This document shows, piece by piece, positions 58,444-64,000 of a DNA stretch of 64,000 nt. The notes beneath the pieces are model-generated. The model ran no database searches, was not told where the DNA came from, and saw only the letters and a program-made list of their open reading frames with translations. Made by a program: the position numbers and the translations under genes. Each line of letters begins with the position of its first letter. Position 1 is the first letter of the stretch. Origin of the DNA: an uncultured Gammaproteobacteria bacterium (GTDB lineage Bacteria > Patescibacteriota > Microgenomatia > Levybacterales > GWA1-39-11); contig CAYPEN010000001.1 in assembly GCA_964409875.1 (NCBI GenBank), positions 70,362 through 134,361 on the forward strand. The letters run 5' to 3'.

Positions 58444-59760
58444 TTAGGGGAGAGGGAAATCCCGCATATACTTTTTTACTTCCAGCGAAATCTGTTTTAT
58501 TTTTTTGTTGGATGAAGCCATTTTCTTGAATTCTTTGAAAAAGGGACCGCGTTTTTCCTTTTCTTCCGGGAGTACGTTGCCCTTTATTTCTTCGATAACC
58601 TCATGCATCCAGTGAGCAATTTGTTTCATATCTCTTTCCTTCATGCCTCTCGTTGTTGCTGCCGGAGTTCCAATCCGTATCCCTGAAGGGTAAAAAGGCG
58701 GCATTGTGTCATAAGGAATGGTGTTTTTGTTGGTGATAATTCCGGCTTGCTCTAAGGCGTAGGCAGCGAGCGCTCCGTTGACGCCTTTGCTTCGAAGGTC
58801 AACGACAAGAAGATGATTTTCAGTGTCTCCTGTTGTTATCGAGAAACCAAAATTTTGAAGATGAGTTGAGAGTGCTTTTGCATTTTTTACAATTTGTTTT
58901 GCATATGCTTTGAATTCGGGAGTTTCCGCTTCATGAAGGGCAACTGCAATTGATGCCGTTTGGTTGTCATGGGGTCCACCCTGGAGTCCCGGAAAAACTG
59001 CCTTGTCAATTTTATCGGGTAGTTGGGGGTCTTTTTGTATTCCCTTTTCTGTCACCATAAGCATTGCGCCCCTCGGTCCACGCAAAGATTTGTGTGTTGT
59101 TGTCATAATGATATGCGCGTATGGTGCGGGAGAGGGATGGGAACCTCCAACGACAAGTCCTGAAATGTGGGAGATATCGGCCAAAAGATACGCATTTACC
59201 TTGTCCGCAATTTCACCAAAGCGAGCAAAATCAATGATTCTAGGGTATGCGGTAAACCCGCAAACAATTATTTTCGGTTTTTCGCGTTTCGCCAGAAGCT
59301 CGATTGCATCGTAATCCAAAAGTCTTTCTTTTGTGACAGGAAAACTGACGGTCTTAAAATATTTCCCTGAAAAGCTGACAGGCGAACCGTGGGTTAAATG
59401 TCCACCGGAAGAAAGGGCAAGTCCCATAATTTTGTCTTTCAGTGGCTCAAGGAGTGCAAAATACACTGCGGTATTTGCGGGACTCCCAGAGTATGGCTGG
59501 ACATTAACGTGAGCAACGTTAAATAATTTTTTCGCCCGCTCGATTGCTGTTAGTTCAACGTCATCGACATTCGCGTTTCCCTGGTAGTATCGTTTTTTTG
59601 AATACCCCTCCGAATATTTATTAGTGAATACCGAGGCAAGTGTTGAACGGACCTCAAGGGATGCGTAATTTTCCGAAGGGATAAGGGTTATCGTGTCACG
59701 TTGTCTCTTGTCTTCTTTCTGAAGAAGCGAGTAGATATGCGGATCTTTTTGTGACAACAT
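58444..59760 (-). CDS. glyA: serine hydroxymethyltransferase
   Basis: 438 aa. ITLIPSENYAS. PLP-Lys region TTTHKSLRGPRG. Full-length collinearity. Confidence 0.9.
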   Translation of the reverse strand: MLSQKDPHIYSLLQKEDKRQRDTITLIPSENYASLEVRSTLASVFTNKYSEGYSKKRYYQGNANVDDVELTAIERAKKLFNVAHVNVQPYSGSPANTAVYFALLEPLKDKIMGLALSSGGHLTHGSPVSFSGKYFKTVSFPVTKERLLDYDAIELLAKREKPKIIVCGFTAYPRIIDFARFGEIADKVNAYLLADISHISGLVVGGSHPSPAPYAHIIMTTTHKSLRGPRGAMLMVTEKGIQKDPQLPDKIDKAVFPGLQGGPHDNQTASIAVALHEAETPEFKAYAKQIVKNAKALSTHLQNFGFSITTGDTENHLLVVDLRSKGVNGALAAYALEQAGIITNKNTIPYDTMPPFYPSGIRIGTPAATTRGMKERDMKQIAHWMHEVIEEIKGNVLPEEKEKRGPFFKEFKKMASSNKKIKQISLEVKKYMRDFPLP

Positions 59761-59879
59761 AAGAGTAGTATAAAGTAGCAGGTATAAGGTATCAAGTATA
59801 AATTCAAATTTTTAATTTTTAATTTTAAATCAATTTTAATTTGATTAAAAATTTTAAATTCTAAATTAAAAATTATTGA

Positions 59880-61256
59880 TCATTGGAAGCAGGAGAAGGG
59901 ATACTTATCAGATTTCTTGAAAATTCCGCCCCACTCAACCATGGTAAAACCGTTTCTTGCAATGCTTGTTAGTGTGGGGGAAGTGACACTGATGGGTGTA
60001 TCGAGCGCTTCAAAATAAAGAGTGATGCGGATAGTGGTAGTAGGTTTTGGCGTGATATAAAGGGGGGAAATAGCATCAAGATTTGCAACAGGGATAACTC
60101 CGACAAAATAGTATGGTGCGTTTGGTAAAACACTATTCCAATAGTCAACAAACTGATTTTTCTCTTTGTCATTCAATCCAAGACGGGGAAGGATGTCGGA
60201 GAGCAGAGCCTTGATTTCATCTTTTTTAACAACGAACCCTTCATTTGGTTTTTCAATTTTCTCATCGGGGATTTCCGCTTCGTAGTACAAATAGTCAAAG
60301 TTTTTACTCCCGGAAAGTATTGTCCCGTCAGGATGGGCAATAACATTCCATCCACCTGTTGGATAATCGGGAATTGTAAGTTTTATTGGACCGGCGGGAT
60401 TTATTTTAACATTTACCGGAGTTGTATTCTCAGGATATAGATAAATGGCAGGTTTGCAGAATGGAGAAAGCCACGGAACTAACAAATTATCCTGTTGGAT
60501 CTGGAATGTTTTTAGCTGTAAGTTGTCTTTTTTACCTGCCTGTTGGGTCGGCGTTACGATGTGCTGCTGACCGCCCGTTGCTGCTCCAGTCGGGAGAGCA
60601 GAAGTGTCGCAATTTTTAATGAAGTCGGGTACTCCAGGAGAGGCAACATCGGAAAGCCGAAAGTACGCATCGTATTGGGATTCGGCATCTCCATAACAAG
60701 TTACCTCCGGTCCCCACATGCCGCTGCAGGTAGCCGCGTGGCAATTCTTCTTGCATACGTATATGATTTCATCATTTGGAATCGAGGTGCAGTAAGGAAC
60801 GGACTGCGGGCTGCCGATTTGAATGGGGGGAGGGGGTACACTTTTCAAATATTTGTCTTTTGGTTCTGTCCGGCAATCGGCAGTAGCGTATTGGGTCGGG
60901 ATGATATGGGTGTCTGATGAGTTAAGGATAATTGGCTGTCCGTTGTATTGTTGGCCCGAATCCTTCAAATGGACGTTTCCTTCCATAAGAATGGTGTTGG
61001 TTCTCAAAAGTCCATATTCTGCTCCATTAAACGTGATTTTTTGCCCGTCTCCAGTTTGGGGTTTGCAATCATTTCCACTCCCCGTATCGCAGCATGAAAG
61101 CACAGAACCATTCCCATTCGGGCCCGTTGGAGCGGATTTATTAACCAGAGTGTTACTTACCATGAAAATTGCAAGAAAAAGAAGAGCAAGAAGCATAAGC
61201 GGAGTTATAATGCCTCCACGCGAATATCTGATAAAACGTTTCCTTTTTTTTGCCAT
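59880..61256 (-). CDS. Cys-rich secreted protein, paralog family A (conserved C-terminal ~190-aa domain)
   Basis: 458 aa. Basic N-terminus + TM + NKSAP. C-terminal PAIYLYPE...YPTGGW...VEWGGI domain shared with 62024..63043 and 63191..64000. Confidence 0.45.
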   Translation of the reverse strand: MAKKRKRFIRYSRGGIITPLMLLALLFLAIFMVSNTLVNKSAPTGPNGNGSVLSCCDTGSGNDCKPQTGDGQKITFNGAEYGLLRTNTILMEGNVHLKDSGQQYNGQPIILNSSDTHIIPTQYATADCRTEPKDKYLKSVPPPPIQIGSPQSVPYCTSIPNDEIIYVCKKNCHAATCSGMWGPEVTCYGDAESQYDAYFRLSDVASPGVPDFIKNCDTSALPTGAATGGQQHIVTPTQQAGKKDNLQLKTFQIQQDNLLVPWLSPFCKPAIYLYPENTTPVNVKINPAGPIKLTIPDYPTGGWNVIAHPDGTILSGSKNFDYLYYEAEIPDEKIEKPNEGFVVKKDEIKALLSDILPRLGLNDKEKNQFVDYWNSVLPNAPYYFVGVIPVANLDAISPLYITPKPTTTIRITLYFEALDTPISVTSPTLTSIARNGFTMVEWGGIFKKSDKYPFSCFQ

Positions 61257-61331
61257 ACATTTATTTAAGCATTTCTCAAATAAAATACAAAATTTGTTGA
61301 CTTATGAGCCTTTTTTTGCAACCATAGATTT

Positions 61332-61949
61332 ATGGAAGGGATTATCGACAAATTGGGTTGGAAAAAAGCCGCTGCAATACTTGTCGGGCTATCAATTCTT
61401 GGCATCCTTTTTTCAGTCTTTTCATTCTCAAATACCGAAAAGCAAATTCAAAATGTAGGGGTTAAGACCGGTGTAAAAGAGCAAGGGGAGTCAAAAATGT
61501 CATCGACAGGTACAAATAATAATCTTCCTGAAAATGGTTCGAACTCTGGAAGAAACCTCAAAACTTATACTACACAATATTTCCAGATTTCATATCCTGA
61601 TAAATACAATGGGGTTTTGTACACAAATTCAAAAGGTGTACTTTCTTATATAAAGTTGGAAGACGCTTCGGTATCTCGTACAATTGAGGTAATAGTTTTT
61701 GATTCATCGACGAGCGCTGTTCAGCTTTCAAGGCCCTTTGAAGCAATGAAGTTTGCAAAAGGAACAGTTACTGCAGGTTCTCTCTCAGGGACTTTATATA
61801 AAGGAACGATTGCAGGGGCAAATGCGCGTGAAATTGTTGCTCTTTTCCCAAAAAACAATACGACAGTAAGAGTGATGACTACATACCAAGGAGCAGTGGA
61901 TCAGAATTTTGAAAACGAATTTAATAGTATTGTCGGAAGTTTGAATTAG
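61332..61949 (+). CDS. hypothetical secreted/membrane-anchored protein
   Basis: 205 aa with N-terminal TM. Confidence 0.4.
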   Translation: MEGIIDKLGWKKAAAILVGLSILGILFSVFSFSNTEKQIQNVGVKTGVKEQGESKMSSTGTNNNLPENGSNSGRNLKTYTTQYFQISYPDKYNGVLYTNSKGVLSYIKLEDASVSRTIEVIVFDSSTSAVQLSRPFEAMKFAKGTVTAGSLSGTLYKGTIAGANAREIVALFPKNNTTVRVMTTYQGAVDQNFENEFNSIVGSLN

Positions 61950-62023
61950 TTAATTTCCGATAACCCCTCCCTCCCCCGAGGGGATTAGCTATTTGCCATT
62001 GCATGGCGCATAGCGGCACATTC

Positions 62024-63043
62024 TCATTTATGGTCGGTGTCTATAACTCCTCCCCATTCTATTGCGGTGAAGCCGGTTCGTTTGGGGGTAGGTGGAAGAA
62101 CGAGTGGAGTAACTGTTTCTCCATCTGAAAGTGGGGCAAAGTAAACAATAAACTCAATCATCGTATCGGGTTTGGGAGATATTAATACTTGGTCAACTCG
62201 CTCTTTTTCATTCTTTTCCAGAATCGAAACAAATAGCCTGTCGGTTTTAATGCTTTGCAATCTTGGAATCCACCAGTCGAGAAATTCCTGTTGCTCGTCA
62301 GCTTTTGTAAGTCCAAGTTGGGTGATAAAAGAACGTAGTTCAAGTTCGAGATTCTTCATTGAAATAATGATACCTGTTTTTGGCCGATTCAAAGAGTGAG
62401 ACTCTGACTCGTAGAAAAGTTCACGGTACTTTTTGTTTTGATACTTCAAAGTCCCGTCGGGAAGCGCTAAGACACCTTTCCAGCCGCCGGTAGGATAGAG
62501 TGGGTCACTCACAACGATATTCCCCTCCGTTTTTACCGTTACATCCACGTAAGTCGGCCTTTCGGGATATAAGTATATGACCGGTTTGCCTATGCAATAA
62601 TCCCCATCTCCTTCAGGCGTAAAGACCGGACCACACCAACCTGTCTGATCCCATTGGGCACATGTATAATTTTTGAATGCATCGCCCGATTTATCATAGT
62701 CTATTTTTACGCATTTACCGTTTTCGCAAGTAACATGAGCATCAGGACATTTACAGTCAGGTGGAATTTTGCGTCCACCATCGGCTACGCATCCTGAAAG
62801 TACCGGTGTTGGTTTTGGTTGGAATGAAACATTCTTAAGCTGTAGGTTCTGTTTGCCGGTTCCTCCTTCGGTTTGTGCTTGACCGTATTCTTCTTTAGGA
62901 TTTGTAGCGCTTTTATTGTAGAGGGCACCGCTGGTGAGTAGCACACCGAATGCAACGACGATAAAAAGAATCGGAACGATAACATTTCCTTTCATGAGTT
63001 TTTGGAGTTTGTGTCTGCGGACTTTCTTCCTATGCTTTGACAT
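62024..63043 (-). CDS. Cys-rich secreted protein, paralog family B
   Basis: 339 aa. Basic N-terminus + TM + NKSAT. Cys-rich segment. C-terminal YLYPERPTYVDV...YPTGGW...IEWGGVIDTDHK domain. Confidence 0.45.
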   Translation of the reverse strand: MSKHRKKVRRHKLQKLMKGNVIVPILFIVVAFGVLLTSGALYNKSATNPKEEYGQAQTEGGTGKQNLQLKNVSFQPKPTPVLSGCVADGGRKIPPDCKCPDAHVTCENGKCVKIDYDKSGDAFKNYTCAQWDQTGWCGPVFTPEGDGDYCIGKPVIYLYPERPTYVDVTVKTEGNIVVSDPLYPTGGWKGVLALPDGTLKYQNKKYRELFYESESHSLNRPKTGIIISMKNLELELRSFITQLGLTKADEQQEFLDWWIPRLQSIKTDRLFVSILEKNEKERVDQVLISPKPDTMIEFIVYFAPLSDGETVTPLVLPPTPKRTGFTAIEWGGVIDTDHK

Positions 63044-63190
63044 ATCACTATTTAATCATTAATGCCTTTTTGTAAGCAAGTTTAGCGACCGATAACCCTT
63101 CGACGAGCTCAAGGGTTTAGTAACCGATAACTCCTCCCTCCCCCAAGGGGATTAGCTATTTGCCATTTCATGGCGTATAGCGGCACATTC

Positions 63191-64000
63191 TCATTTGTGG
63201 TCGGTGTCAATGACTCCTCCCCATTCGATTGCGGTGAAACCTATGCGTTTTGGAGTTGGAGGCAAAATAAGAGGCGTGACTGTTTCACCATCTGCAAGTG
63301 GAGCAAAGTACACAATGAATTGGATGAATGTGTCAGGTTTTGGAGATATATCAACGTTGTCGACTCGGTCTTTTTCATCCTTTTCCAGAATCGAAATAAA
63401 TAGTTTGTCGGTTTTAATATTTTGTAATCTTGGAATCCACCAGTCGAGAAATTCCTGTTGCTCGTCAGCCCTTGATAGGCCGAGGTGAGTGATAAAAGCG
63501 AGCAGCTGAGATTTTAAGTTTTGTTTTTCCATAACAACTCCTGTCTCCGGTCGAGTAAGGGTTTGAGTATTGGACTCGTAGAACAATTCTCTATACTGTT
63601 TTTTCTGGTACGTAAGTGTTCCATCGGGATTGGCCAGTACATTTTTCCATCCGCCGGTAGGATAGAGTGGATCACTTACAACAATATTCCCCTCAGTTCT
63701 TATGGTAACGTCAACCACTGTTGGCTTTTGGGGATATAAATAAATAACCGGCTTACCAAGACAAAAATCGCCTTCTATTGTTTTGCCACATACGCCAGTA
63801 CACCATTGTTCCGCATCGACATTTGCACATGTATAACTTTGGTATAACGGTCCGGATTTGGTGATATCGACTTTCAGACATTTACCGTCTTTACAGGTAA
63901 TGTGCAGGTCCGGACATTTACATTCTTCGCCAATGGGTTGACAACTATCAGCAAAACAACCACTTTGTGGTATGGGAGTTGGTTGTGGGGTAGGTGTTGA
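63191..64000 (-). CDS. Cys-rich secreted protein, paralog family C (5' end beyond window)
   Basis: Reading frame stays open from 63191 to the window edge. The upstream translation (…CTGVCGKTIEGDFCLGKPVIYLYPQKPTVVDV…) parallels paralog B. C-terminal 170 aa ~75% identical to paralog B. Confidence 0.45.
   Translation of the reverse strand, partial: STPTPQPTPIPQSGCFADSCQPIGEECKCPDLHITCKDGKCLKVDITKSGPLYQSYTCANVDAEQWCTGVCGKTIEGDFCLGKPVIYLYPQKPTVVDVTIRTEGNIVVSDPLYPTGGWKNVLANPDGTLTYQKKQYRELFYESNTQTLTRPETGVVMEKQNLKSQLLAFITHLGLSRADEQQEFLDWWIPRLQNIKTDKLFISILEKDEKDRVDNVDISPKPDTFIQFIVYFAPLADGETVTPLILPPTPKRIGFTAIEWGGVIDTDHK

Overview
This is a low-GC (~38%) bacterial chromosome segment whose gene content and style fit a Candidate Phyla Radiation (Patescibacteria)-type organism.

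Housekeeping genes:
- ndk, truB, mreC–mreD–PBP2 (mreB elsewhere), dprA, rplJ–rplL with leader, rpmB, fmt, def, glyA, dcd, two NUDIX genes, and an HD hydrolase.
- A 16S rRNA gene (44446..45902) that is not followed by 23S/5S and has a divergent 515F site.
- Four tRNA genes: Pro-CGG, Arg-CCU, Ile-GAU and Cys-GCA. Each is accompanied by partial duplicate tRNA fragments and/or tandem repeats.
- An envelope-maturation gene set: DsbA/DsbB pair, sortase, SipW-type signal peptidase, acyltransferase-3, glycosyltransferases and an O-antigen-ligase/TPR protein.

Three regions stand out:
1. A ~2 kb island (13.3–15.35 kb) at ~60+% GC inside the ~38% GC genome. It carries four or five tightly packed plus-strand ORFs with strong Shine-Dalgarno sites.
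2. A ~12 kb surface-protein cluster (46–57.8 kb).
   - It includes clan GH-A glycoside hydrolase-like proteins (one apparently catalytically dead), a CAP/SCP-domain protein and cohesin-like and dockerin-like modules.
   - These suggest a cellulosome-like cohesin/dockerin assembly.
   - At least six proteins share the motif Q-Q-D-x-R-Q-[RKQH]-A immediately after the N-terminal TM helix. I read this as a candidate novel sorting or processing signal.
3. A tandem family of three paralogous Cys-rich secreted proteins (59.9–64 kb), with segmentally duplicated 3' flanks.

All calls are made by eye from the six-frame ORF translations; no searches were run.
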